Below are positions 35,644 to 43,266 of a stretch of DNA of 45,792 nt, piece by piece; the first letter of the stretch is position 1, and each line of letters begins with the position of its first letter. The notes beneath the pieces were generated by a model. The model ran no database searches. It worked only from the letters and a program-made list of their open reading frames with translations, and had not been told where the DNA came from. Position numbers and translations under genes: made by a program. The DNA comes from a virus: positions 1 to 45,792 of IMG/VR virus record IMGVR_UViG_3300045988_123020; one strand, 5' to 3'.

Positions 35644-35843
35644 AGTCCCACCCCCGTGATGTGGGTGAATGTGAGCCATGCGCCGGGGTACCCGATGAGC
35701 GCCAGGCAGACGATGTTGAACAGGTTACCGACCCAGAGCACGCCCTCAGTGTCGCGCCATTCAACGATTTCCTTGAGGATCAGGCCGGTCGTCAGTCCTG
35801 CGATGAAGATTGCGACGCCGATTCCGAGTAGCATCCATGCCAT
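35640..35843 (-). CDS. small integral membrane protein
   Basis: Two hydrophobic helices: LLGIGVAIFIAGLTTGLIL and NLFNIVCLALIGYPGAWL. RBS GGAAGGA. Confidence 0.6.
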   Translation of the reverse strand: MAWMLLGIGVAIFIAGLTTGLILKEIVEWRDTEGVLWVGNLFNIVCLALIGYPGAWLTFTHITGVGL

Positions 35844-35922
35844 GTGTTTGTTGTCCTTCCAGTTGAACTTTCTGTGAGTGTTTCGCGCGCTGGTTCCGCC
35901 AGAAACCGTGCGCGGTGGGGGG

Positions 35923-36249
35923 CTATTCGCCCATGTGGATGAGGTTGAAGTCCGTCTGTTGCAGGTCGGCGTCCCATCCGAGGTCTACCTGGGTTGTGAC
36001 GTTCGCGTCCGTGTACCGTGCGTTAGGTCCCCGTGTGGTTACCCAATGGTCGTACGTGACCTTGAAAAACTCGCCCGTCACATAACTGTCAATGAGTGTG
36101 CCGGGCGGGAGGGCGGACAGGTCCACATGCACAACGATGCCCGCGCAGTTGATACGAACCGCGTTCGGCGGTGTTGCGGGCGTGCCCCGTTGGGCGAATA
36201 GTCGGTTGATGAAGTCCACGGCCTCGTCGTGGGTGATTGGCTGTGTCAT
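35923..36249 (-). CDS. hypothetical protein, IHVG paralog family
   Basis: Core LPPGTLIDSYVTGEFFKVTYDHW...NLIHMGE. RBS GGAGGA upstream. Confidence 0.6.
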   Translation of the reverse strand: MTQPITHDEAVDFINRLFAQRGTPATPPNAVRINCAGIVVHVDLSALPPGTLIDSYVTGEFFKVTYDHWVTTRGPNARYTDANVTTQVDLGWDADLQQTDFNLIHMGE

Positions 36250-36261
36250 TGTGTCCTCCGG

Positions 36262-36618
36262 TCAGCCCTCGTGGACGATGCGGGGCCGTGCGCTGGGGTC
36301 GCGCATCTCCGCCGCGAACTCCTCGTGACTGTATGACTGTCCGCTGTACCTGACCCACGGGCCAATCGTGTCATCTGGGAGGCAGCGGAAGTACTCGAAT
36401 GCCCCGTCTGCCACCAGCGCGCCGACGCCCATGCCCTCGGCGTCCAGCTCCACCATATCGCCGTTAAGGTTGGTCGCCTTGAAGCGGGTGCCGGTCAGTT
36501 CCGGCTCGCTCGTCGTTTCCTCGTCCGTGACGTTAGCTCCGAGGGCTTCCATGATCTTGTTTGCGATCTGTTCGATGGCCTCGTTGAGCTGTTCGCGGGT
36601 GAGTGATGCAGTTCCCAT
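36262..36618 (-). CDS. hypothetical protein, IHVG paralog family (first gene of its unit)
   Basis: RBS AAAGGAAAAA precedes ATG 36618 (ORF open to 36744). Core GVGALVADGAFEYFR...PW...SHEEFA...RIVHEG. Confidence 0.6.
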   Translation of the reverse strand: MGTASLTREQLNEAIEQIANKIMEALGANVTDEETTSEPELTGTRFKATNLNGDMVELDAEGMGVGALVADGAFEYFRCLPDDTIGPWVRYSGQSYSHEEFAAEMRDPSARPRIVHEG

Positions 36619-36924
36619 GTTCGTGTTTTTCCTTTCATTTCTGGGACTGTTTGGGGCGCTCCGTCCTTGTTTCAACGTTTGAGGTATTGCGCATGAGCTG
36701 CGCAGAGTGCTACACTCAACCCTGTTACAACAAGGCACTGACACGCCCCCTGGTTTGTCTGTTTTCTCTGTTGAACGTTCTGTGTAGGGGAAGCCCGCAC
36801 TGGACAGGCTAATTGCAAGCGCATCTGACAGGGTCGCCCCGCCAGGCGGACTGTTGGACGGTCTCTCACACTCGCCGCAAAGCGCTTAGGCCAGTCCGGG
36901 GCGGGCTTCCCTGTTTCTTCCGAG

Positions 36925-37332
36925 CTAGGCGGTGGCGCGCCTGTTCGCGGCCATCCAGTCGGTGAGCGCGTCGTGCGGGTAGCGGACCACGCTCCCCACC
37001 TTCACAAACTCTGGCCCGTCGCCAGTGAATCGCCACTCCCCGAGCGTGCGGGAGGATACTCCAAGCATGGCTGCGACGTCTGCGGGCGTGTGCATGAGCT
37101 TGGGTTTTTCGGCGGCTTCCGCCCACGTGAGGAACATATCGGCGGCGTCGGCTAGTTGGTCGCCCTGCGTGGCCTTGACGTTGACGATGTGCCCGTTGGG
37201 GGCGGGGACTCTCCCGCCGATGTTGACTTGTGCGCCTGTGCGGCGGGCCTCGTCAATCACTGTGGCGAGGATCAGATTCGCGGCGGCAGGGTCGGTCGTA
37301 TGTGCGGTGACTGTGTAAGACTCCTGTGTCAT
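36925..37332 (-). CDS. DNA-binding protein with excisionase/MerR-type HTH (HTH_17) C-terminus; candidate Xis or lysogeny regulator
   Basis: The C-terminal TPADVAAMLGVSSRTLGEWRFTGDGPEFVKVGSVVRYPHDALTDWM is a typical excisionase-family HTH. It is a stand-alone unit between a terminator (37393-37428) and a 306-nt non-coding gap. Confidence 0.65.
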   Translation of the reverse strand: MTQESYTVTAHTTDPAAANLILATVIDEARRTGAQVNIGGRVPAPNGHIVNVKATQGDQLADAADMFLTWAEAAEKPKLMHTPADVAAMLGVSSRTLGEWRFTGDGPEFVKVGSVVRYPHDALTDWMAANRRATA

Positions 37333-37365
37333 GTTGATGCTGCTTTCATTGACGTTCGTGTGGCA

Positions 37366-37389
37366 TTGTCGGTAAGGGTTGTCCGACAA
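37366..37389. promoter_or_regulatory. 7-bp inverted repeat TTGTCGG-N10-CCGACAA upstream of the HTH gene (operator-like)
   Basis: A perfect inverted repeat read from the sequence, 34 nt upstream of ATG 37332. Confidence 0.3.
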
Positions 37390-37392
37390 CAT

Positions 37393-37428
37393 GAAAAATC
37401 TTAGTGGCAAAACGTGCTTTCTGCCACT
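37393..37428 (-). terminator. intrinsic terminator after the 37439 gene
   Basis: On the minus strand, AGTGGCA-GAAAGCACGTTT-TGCCACT is followed by AAGATTTTTC. Confidence 0.5.
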
Positions 37429-37438
37429 TGACCAGGCG

Positions 37439-37750
37439 TTAAGCCGCGCAGTCTCGCGGCTCCAAACGCGCCCAACCACGGTGAACCCCCTCGGGTGTCA
37501 CAGCCTCAACCGCGCCTGTCGGTTCAGACAGAATCCCCACCGGGAACCGCTTGGTAATTTTGTGACAATCGTCAGTCCTCCACCGCGTGCCCTCCACGAG
37601 AACCACGCGCCCCTGCTGCATCTCTGACAGGAAATATGCGGGCCTATCAGGCATAATGCCCCTGCCCACCCACAGTCCAGCAGCCAAGGCCACTAGCGTC
37701 ATGAGCCATGCGACCGCGCGCACGCTCAATTGTCCGTTGGAACCCGTCAT
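37439..37750 (-). CDS. membrane-anchored hypothetical protein
   Basis: RBS GGAAGGAAGGG. N-terminal TM helix VAWLMTLVALAAGLWV. Confidence 0.55.
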   Translation of the reverse strand: MTGSNGQLSVRAVAWLMTLVALAAGLWVGRGIMPDRPAYFLSEMQQGRVVLVEGTRWRTDDCHKITKRFPVGILSEPTGAVEAVTPEGVHRGWARLEPRDCAA

Positions 37751-37965
37751 CGGGATTGCCCTTCCTTCCGGTTACGACAAGGCCCCCACGCCCGCGTCAG
37801 GCAGGGCAGGGGCCTCAAGATTGAATGTTCTGTGCGCCGCGCGGCTTGGTGAGATGAGCGCACCCGCCAGGGCGGAAACCAGAGGGGGAGAGAGAGGTAG
37901 AGAACCCCCCTGGCCGTCACCCCGGCGAGAATGCTCACCCCACCAAACCAGCGCGGCGGGATGGG

Positions 37966-38469
37966 TCAGGCTGCAGGCACTAGCACAAACTCCGGTGTGC
38001 ATGCCTTGTTTTGCCAGAGAATGTCCAGCGTCAGCCCCCAGTCGCCGTCAGGGGCGCCGCGCAGGTGATCGCGCCAGTTCGGGCGCGTCATGTCCGGCAG
38101 TTCGTGCGACGTCGCAGGGTTGCGCCGGTTCAGCCACATGAGCGCCCCCAGTCGCGTCTCCACAGGCACGGGCCACTCACGCGACAACTCCCACTTGCCC
38201 GACACGCGCATCTCACGGGCCAACGCCAGGGGCTTGTCCGCATGCAGAAGTACGTACTCACCCGCCTGCCACGTGCTATGCGGCTCACTGCCCTCCGTGC
38301 GCACTAGGCGCATGGTGTGCCACCTGTGATGCTTGGCGGGGGCGTCGTAGACGACGCTCCACCCTGCAGCCTTAGCTGCGCTGCTCAGCATGTCGTTGTA
38401 GTGTCGCTCCCAGTCCTCCATGACGCGGACAGCTACCGCCGCGACGTCGCTTTCGTCGTACCAAACCAT
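37966..38469 (-). CDS. hypothetical protein
   Basis: A 167-aa ORF with Trp-rich, protein-like composition. No recognisable motif. Confidence 0.55.
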   Translation of the reverse strand: MVWYDESDVAAVAVRVMEDWERHYNDMLSSAAKAAGWSVVYDAPAKHHRWHTMRLVRTEGSEPHSTWQAGEYVLLHADKPLALAREMRVSGKWELSREWPVPVETRLGALMWLNRRNPATSHELPDMTRPNWRDHLRGAPDGDWGLTLDILWQNKACTPEFVLVPAA

Positions 38470-38500
38470 TGTTCACACCGTCTTTCAGTCTTGTACGTTG

Positions 38501-38707
38501 TCAGGCCGCTTGTTCGTCGAGCCTGTACGCGCACGCCGACACCACAGTCAGCATGCTCGCAATGTCATTGATTCGAGCGGCCAGGATGCGCGCATCAGGA
38601 TCGTCAACCGCCCCAACGCCCGACTCTCTGACCGACTTTGTGAGCCAGTCGCCCATGCGGGGCGCGGCCACTGCCATTTCCCCGCGGGGTGTCATCGTGT
38701 GCCCCAC
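38501..38707 (-). CDS. hypothetical small helical protein
   Basis: GGGAGGGG lies upstream of GTG 38707. The start is uncertain (ATG 38695 is possible). Confidence 0.45.
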   Translation of the reverse strand: MGHTMTPRGEMAVAAPRMGDWLTKSVRESGVGAVDDPDARILAARINDIASMLTVVSACAYRLDEQAA

Positions 38708-38717
38708 GCGCCCCTCC

Positions 38718-38966
38718 CTAGTCCTCGTCCGCCAGTGCTAGACGCCAGTGTTCATCCGCCGCAATGTCGGCGCAGATGAAAACGGAACTGAGGCTGCTAA
38801 TGGCCTCGTTCAGCTTGGCGACGAGTCGGGCCTCGCCCTCAACCGTCACCTCGCTTCCCTCCATGCGCTGCTCCACGCGGTTCCGCGCATCACTGAGGAC
38901 TGCGTGCATGACGCGGGACGTGTGGGCAAGGCTTGTGAGCCAGTTTTCGTATTCCATCCCGCTCAC
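38718..38966 (-). CDS. hypothetical small helical protein
   Basis: ATGA-type overlap with the upstream gene. Acidic helical composition. Confidence 0.5.
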   Translation of the reverse strand: MSGMEYENWLTSLAHTSRVMHAVLSDARNRVEQRMEGSEVTVEGEARLVAKLNEAISSLSSVFICADIAADEHWRLALADED

Positions 38967-39256
38967 TCCTCGTCCGTGCCGGGGTCGAGCTTGGTCGCCA
39001 GGTTTTCAAGCGAGGATGCGAGATGTTCCAGCGCCCCGAGGGCGGCGCGCGCATGCACGCGTACCATGCTCGCCTCGGGCGAGTCTCCCAGCCGGTCGCC
39101 GTCCGCGTCGTGCCGGTCGCGCACGCCCGCCCATTGCAGGTGATGGTCGCACCATTTTCTGCAAAGCCTGACAACCGAAATAGCGCCTCGCAGGTCTTTC
39201 ATCTGTCCATTGCTAAGCATGTTCACCCCATCTATCCTTGTTGATCGTTCTGTCAT
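38963..39256 (-). CDS. hypothetical protein
   Basis: ATG 39256 forms an ATGA overlap with the upstream stop (ORF open to 39304). Confidence 0.5.
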   Translation of the reverse strand: MTERSTRIDGVNMLSNGQMKDLRGAISVVRLCRKWCDHHLQWAGVRDRHDADGDRLGDSPEASMVRVHARAALGALEHLASSLENLATKLDPGTDEE

Positions 39257-39576
39257 GCACGCGAGGGCAATTCTGCGCTCAGCATGTCCCGCCGCCCCTG
39301 CCAATTGCGCACGACAGGGTCGTTCACCAGCTCAAGATGGTCGGTCAGGTCGTCCACCATGAGGGCGCAGTCAGTCAGCGCTATTTGCAGGTCGCCATAC
39401 GCCTCGCAAGCGCGGTCAGCGTCGGGCGAATCGCCTAAGCCCTTGCACATCTCAGGGAATCCACTCAAGCCCACAATGTCTGCGCGGGCTTGAATCATGT
39501 CGGAAAATTCCCAAAGAAACTCGCAAAAGTCGCGCAACGCTGTGATATGCTCAGCGCCGCCATCCAGCTTTGTCAT
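39253..39576 (-). CDS. hypothetical protein
   Basis: RBS GGAAGGAG precedes ATG 39576 (ORF open to 39633). Acidic, Cys-containing helical protein. Confidence 0.55.
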   Translation of the reverse strand: MTKLDGGAEHITALRDFCEFLWEFSDMIQARADIVGLSGFPEMCKGLGDSPDADRACEAYGDLQIALTDCALMVDDLTDHLELVNDPVVRNWQGRRDMLSAELPSRA

Positions 39577-39599
39577 TACGCTCCTTCCGTTTGTCTTGG

Positions 39600-39833
39600 T
39601 CACGCGGCGAGGCCCCACAGGCCGCCGTCGCACACCGCCAACGCCAACACGCGGCGGGCGGCTGTCTTGAAGCCCTCACGCGTCACCGGCACGCCCTCAA
39701 GCCGCGTCCAACGCCCCGGAGCATCCGGGTCAGGGCCAATCATCCAGTCCGCCGCGTCGGCCCACACGCCGTCACGCATGGGGATACAGGGCTGGTAGGG
39801 GGCGGGGGGAATCCAGTTGTCATGCGCGCGCAT
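39600..39833 (-). CDS. hypothetical protein
   Basis: ATG 39833 overlaps the 3' end of the upstream gene by 14 nt (ORF open to 39956). Confidence 0.45.
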   Translation of the reverse strand: MRAHDNWIPPAPYQPCIPMRDGVWADAADWMIGPDPDAPGRWTRLEGVPVTREGFKTAARRVLALAVCDGGLWGLAA

Positions 39834-40185
39834 CGTCAACCACCTCACACAGCTCACCTGCGGCAACCAGGTCGCACAGCCAACGCCAACACTTGTGCTT
39901 GTAGTCGCTGGCCTGCGCCCAAAGCGCCATGTGAGGAGAGATTCGCACCCCCGCAACCCGAATGGGCGGGTGCGTTGCGTCGAGCATTTCGTTAAACGCG
40001 TCGAATCCGTCAGTCACGTCGAACAGGTATCCGTCACGGTCAACCCATCGCGCCCAGAGGGGGGCGTCGCCCAGCTCCGAGCGCGTGAACTGCGTGCGCT
40101 CGTCCCACAGGCGCACCATTTCGGCGCGCGCATCTTCCTTGACCTGTCCGCCCGATTCGACGGTTGTCATGGGGAAAGTATTCAT
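39820..40185 (-). CDS. hypothetical protein, WA-YVDR paralog family
   Basis: RLWDERTQFTRSELGDAPLWARWVDRDGYLF ... AAGELCEVVDD. Preceded by tRNA-like element E1. Confidence 0.65.
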   Translation of the reverse strand: MNTFPMTTVESGGQVKEDARAEMVRLWDERTQFTRSELGDAPLWARWVDRDGYLFDVTDGFDAFNEMLDATHPPIRVAGVRISPHMALWAQASDYKHKCWRWLCDLVAAGELCEVVDDARA

Positions 40186-40236
40186 GTTGTTTCACTCTCG
40201 TTTCATGTCAGGACAAACCACTCTGATTGTCCTCGC

Positions 40237-40286
40237 TCCCAGGGCGGGACTCGAACCCGCCATTACCTCACCACTCAAGCCTGGGA
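40237..40286 (-). ncRNA. tRNA-like element E1 (acceptor + D-arm + T-arm, no anticodon arm)
   Basis: Minus sense: UCCCAGG-CUU GAGUGGU GAG-GUAAUG-GCGGG UUCGAGU CCCGC-CCUGGGA. The T-arm 17-mer is identical to that of the tRNA-Leu at 1691-1707. Confidence 0.7.
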
Positions 40287-40296
40287 AACCTGTCCA

Positions 40297-40653
40297 TCAG
40301 CGCCAATCGTCAGGAGAATCCACAACCGCGCGCAGCTCGCCCGCCTCAACACGCTTCACAATAGACGCCGTAATCGCGCGGGCCGTCAGTAGCGGGGAGA
40401 GGGCAAGCATTAGTTCCCCCGCCCCCAGCTTGTCGTCACCCTTGCCGCCCTGCAGCCATTCCTCCGCAAGGGCCTCAACCGAATACGCCGTACCCTCACG
40501 ATCAACGAACTGCGCCCACTCAGGCGCGTTCATCGCGTCGCGGACCACATACTCCTGCGCGTCCCACCCGTCTCGGAATGCCTGCTCCTGCTCGGGCGTC
40601 ATGTACTCGCTTGCTTTGGCCGTCTTGGCCCTTGTCGTATCACGCTGCATCAT
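40297..40653 (-). CDS. hypothetical protein, WA-YVDR paralog family (alternative start 40671)
   Basis: RDGWDAQEYVVRDAMNAPEWAQFVDREGTAY ... EAGELRAVVDS. Start chosen by analogy with the purine-rich RBS of sister cassettes. Confidence 0.6.
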   Translation of the reverse strand: MMQRDTTRAKTAKASEYMTPEQEQAFRDGWDAQEYVVRDAMNAPEWAQFVDREGTAYSVEALAEEWLQGGKGDDKLGAGELMLALSPLLTARAITASIVKRVEAGELRAVVDSPDDWR

Positions 40654-40713
40654 TCTTTTCTCACTTTCCATTGTCAGCGTTGACACCCCGCCCGGTTTGG
40701 CTGGGGCGCTCGC

Positions 40714-40765
40714 TCTCAGGGCCGGGATCGAACCGGCACGACGCTCACCATGCAAGCCCCTGAGA
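40714..40765 (-). ncRNA. tRNA-like element E2 (no anticodon arm)
   Basis: UCUCAGG-G-GCUU GCAUGGU GAGC-GUCGU-GCCGG UUCGAUC CCGGC-CCUGAGA. Confidence 0.7.
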
Positions 40766-40779
40766 AAACCATGCGCACG

Positions 40780-41457
40780 CTACTGTGCGCCGCCAATCAC
40801 CGTAATGTCACCCACAACCCTCACGCCCGGCGTGAGTATGTGAACAGCCGACGATGCCGGACCCTCAACACGCGTGTCATACTTTGCGTACACGGTCACA
40901 TGATCGTGCGCGTACACCTCACCGCCGTCACTGTAGACAACCACCTCATCATGGGCGGTCACATCCACATCACCCGAGATTTCAACAACCACCTGGTGAC
41001 GCGCAATTACGGACGCCTCATACCGTGCAACCACGTGGGCGCCACTTACTGCTGTCACCGTAGAATTGTCAAACGCGAACAGTGGGCACACCCCATGTGC
41101 TCTCACGGCCGCCCTGTCCCACACTTGGCCGACCGCGTAATATCCGCACTCTCCGCTAGAGTCGTCATGCCAGTCAACTTTCGCATAGTCCGTCGCGTAC
41201 ACGGTCGCCTCATCCTGCGCGTCAACAATGCTATGCCCGCGCGCAGTCAGGCGAGACGTCCCGTATACGATCACGCGGGACTCGCCGCACGCCTCAACGA
41301 TATGCCCACGTGAATCGCCTACGAAAATGTAGTTCGGCATGTATTTGCCGGGGTTTGAGTGAATCTCAATCACCGTGTTATTGTCCGGTTCCGCCGCCAG
41401 AGCCGCGTCCAACTCGCCCTGGTTTGTCACGCGAACAACCTTGGTTTCGTCAATCAT
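40780..41457 (-). CDS. hypothetical beta-solenoid-like repeat protein
   Basis: Quasi-repeats of alternating V-x-V/A-x(2-4)-D/G read by eye (VTAVSGAHVVARYEASVIARHQVVVEISGDVDVTAHDEVVVYSDGGEVYAHDHVTVYAKYDTRV). ATG 41457 (ORF open to 41589). Confidence 0.6.
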   Translation of the reverse strand: MIDETKVVRVTNQGELDAALAAEPDNNTVIEIHSNPGKYMPNYIFVGDSRGHIVEACGESRVIVYGTSRLTARGHSIVDAQDEATVYATDYAKVDWHDDSSGECGYYAVGQVWDRAAVRAHGVCPLFAFDNSTVTAVSGAHVVARYEASVIARHQVVVEISGDVDVTAHDEVVVYSDGGEVYAHDHVTVYAKYDTRVEGPASSAVHILTPGVRVVGDITVIGGAQ

Positions 41458-41512
41458 CGTTCTGCCTCTCTGATTCCATGCATCCGAGGCGACCGCCTTG
41501 GTCGCCTGTCGC

Positions 41513-41567
41513 TCCCTGTGCCCGGATCGAACGGGCCATCTTTCACCCCCACCATTGGGGACAGGGA
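41513..41567 (-). ncRNA. tRNA-like element E3 (no anticodon arm)
   Basis: UCCCUGU-CCCC AAUGGU GGGG-GUGAAAGAUG-GCCCG UUCGAUC CGGGC-ACAGGGA. Confidence 0.7.
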
Positions 41568-41591
41568 AACCCACGCGCGTCACGCGCAAAG

Positions 41592-41966
41592 TCAGTCGCC
41601 ACTCATTGCGGCTTCCATCTCATCCGCCTCCCTGAGGGCTTCCTCCCACACGGCCACCGCGTCAGCCACCGCCTTAGCCACCGCCTCGTCTGGGGTCCGC
41701 TCGGCCGGGCCGCGCACGCCCGCATAAATCTCCTCGGGCCACTCCGAGCGGGGGATGAATCGCTCAACCTCCGGCCAATCCTGGCTATTGTCCGTAGACG
41801 CGTACCGGCCCGTCACGCCGGACCCACGAACAGCGAGCGTCACTCGCACGCCATCCTGGTAGTCCACGTACACCTCGGCAGTCACGCCCTCGGCAACCTG
41901 CGCCGTAATCACGGGAACAACGTCGCCGTAGTATCCGCGCGGCGCTTCCCACTTGTAGTCACTCAT
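41592..41966 (-). CDS. hypothetical protein
   Basis: RBS AAGGGAGAGAG precedes ATG 41966 (ORF open to 41996). Acidic C-terminal helix. Confidence 0.6.
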   Translation of the reverse strand: MSDYKWEAPRGYYGDVVPVITAQVAEGVTAEVYVDYQDGVRVTLAVRGSGVTGRYASTDNSQDWPEVERFIPRSEWPEEIYAGVRGPAERTPDEAVAKAVADAVAVWEEALREADEMEAAMSGD

Positions 41967-42019
41967 TGTCGCTCTCTCCCTTGTTTTCTGTTTCACGCCC
42001 CCACTTTGGGGCGCATCGT

Positions 42020-42068
42020 TCGCGGGGCCGGAATCGAACCAGCCTGTTACTCACCCTTAAGCCCGCGA
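42020..42068 (-). ncRNA. tRNA-like element E4 (no anticodon arm)
   Basis: UCGCGGG-CUU AAGGGU GAG-UAACAG-GCUGG UUCGAUU CCGGC-CCCGCGA. The T-stem U:G pair is possible only in the minus-sense RNA. Confidence 0.7.
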
Positions 42069-42119
42069 AAACCACGCGTGTCACACATCACGCACTAGGA
42101 TACCAAGTACCCACCGCCG

Positions 42120-42452
42120 CTAGTCCGCGTAATACAACGGGAACAAGTCGCCACGACTCAGCCGCTCCTCAATCAGAGCGTCCACCCCCATCGCAAACAC
42201 GTCCGGTTGATACCAGCGCATCATCGACCCCACATCATCCGGGCCGCGCTCATTCTGCTCATACTCCCACTTAAGCTCGAAACCCCAGCGGTCCCACAAG
42301 CGGCCCGACGCATCAACCCACTCATAATTAGACCGCACGCCGCTAATGCCAACCTGGCAGTACAGGAAGTAACCCGGAAAGTCATCCGACGCAAGCGCCG
42401 CCTCAACAACCGCGCGCACTTCCTCAGCGGTCATCGTGTCAGAACACATCAC
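42120..42452 (-). CDS. hypothetical protein, FPGFFL paralog pair
   Basis: DDFPGYFLYCQVGISGVRSNYEWVDASGRLWDR aligns with the upstream neighbour. GTGA overlap. Confidence 0.6.
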   Translation of the reverse strand: MMCSDTMTAEEVRAVVEAALASDDFPGYFLYCQVGISGVRSNYEWVDASGRLWDRWGFELKWEYEQNERGPDDVGSMMRWYQPDVFAMGVDALIEERLSRGDLFPLYYAD

Positions 42453-42799
42453 GCCACACCCCCATACCTCACGGGAATCAGCACGCCCTGCGATTCAAGC
42501 CGGGCAATATAGATGCTCACGCCCGCGTCAAACCCATCCGGGTCAATCTTGCGCGACGCGCCACCCAACAGGTCACCACCGCCCAAACCGGCCGCCGCGC
42601 CCATGTAATCCAACTCAGCCTCATACTCAACCGCCAAGTCCACACGCGAACGGGGATACCCATCCGCATCAACCCAGCAATACGCCGGGTCAGACAGGCC
42701 CAACTCACAAGCCAGGAAGAAACCGGGAAACGACTCATCCTCACGCGCCTGTTCAACCAGGTCACGCAGTTCATCCGTGCCAATCTCGCACATGGTCAC
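42449..42799 (-). CDS. hypothetical protein, FPGFFL paralog pair
   Basis: ESFPGFFLACELGLSDPAYCWVDADGYPRSR. GTGA overlap with the upstream gene. Confidence 0.6.
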   Translation of the reverse strand: MTMCEIGTDELRDLVEQAREDESFPGFFLACELGLSDPAYCWVDADGYPRSRVDLAVEYEAELDYMGAAAGLGGGDLLGGASRKIDPDGFDAGVSIYIARLESQGVLIPVRYGGVA

Positions 42800-43143
42800 G
42801 CCTCACACTCATCAACAAGGCGAACCAGTTCGCCATCCCACACGCACCCGGCAACCCACGATTCAAACTCTGCAAAGCATCGGGCGGGGTCAGCAAACAG
42901 ACACGCCGAAACCATCGCTTCGCTGTGAAAGGCGGTCACAAGCGCCACGTACTCGCCAAACAGGCCCGCACGCGTCCACGCCCCGCCATTCCTGTCCACG
43001 TAGTCAGCCCACGCGGGCGCGTCCACGCTCTCACGCAACAGGCGACCGCATCGGCCCCACCAATCGCGCAATGCCTTGCCGTTCTCGTCAGTCAGCCAAT
43101 CAGATGCGGGCGCATAGTCCTCGCGTCGCGCAGCCGTAGTCAT
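42796..43143 (-). CDS. hypothetical protein, WA-YVDR paralog family
   Basis: RDWWGRCGRLLRESVDAPAWADYVDRNGGAW ... WDGELVRLVDE. Preceded by E5. Confidence 0.65.
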   Translation of the reverse strand: MTTAARREDYAPASDWLTDENGKALRDWWGRCGRLLRESVDAPAWADYVDRNGGAWTRAGLFGEYVALVTAFHSEAMVSACLFADPARCFAEFESWVAGCVWDGELVRLVDECEA

Positions 43144-43195
43144 AATAGAAACCTCATCTCACATTTCCAATAGGCCACCGCCTTGGTAGCCCCGC

Positions 43196-43255
43196 CCCTT
43201 GCCCAGGAATCGAACCCAGGACCCCCACACGGGGGCGCAACCAACTCGCCAAGGG
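43196..43255 (-). ncRNA. tRNA-like element E5 (with a 5-bp/4-nt mini-hairpin in place of the anticodon arm)
   Basis: CCCUUGG-CGAGUUGGUUGCG-CCCCC GUGU GGGGG-UC-CUGGG UUCGAUU CCUGG-GCAAGGG. The 7:66 pair is mismatched and the T-stem has two G:U pairs. Confidence 0.6.
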
Positions 43256-43266
43256 TGAGGCCCTAA

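Noticed and set aside
37772-38002. Small ORFs in the 215-nt gap between 37750 and 37966
   Set aside because: They have poor composition and no RBS. The gap contains GC hairpins and the strong GGAAGGAAGGG RBS of the 37750 gene. There is not enough evidence for a gene or for a specific RNA element.
39962-43173. Long plus-strand ORFs (39962-40843, 40750-41313, 41310-42098, 42436-43173) covering the tRNA-like array region
   Set aside because: Their products are Pro/Arg/Ser/Thr/His-rich low-complexity strings (e.g. PHTQPPSPHANGDTHPHQPSNTPGQTG). They have no RBS and run antisense to well-formed minus-strand genes with RBSs and start-stop coupling. These are typical shadow ORFs of GC-rich DNA.
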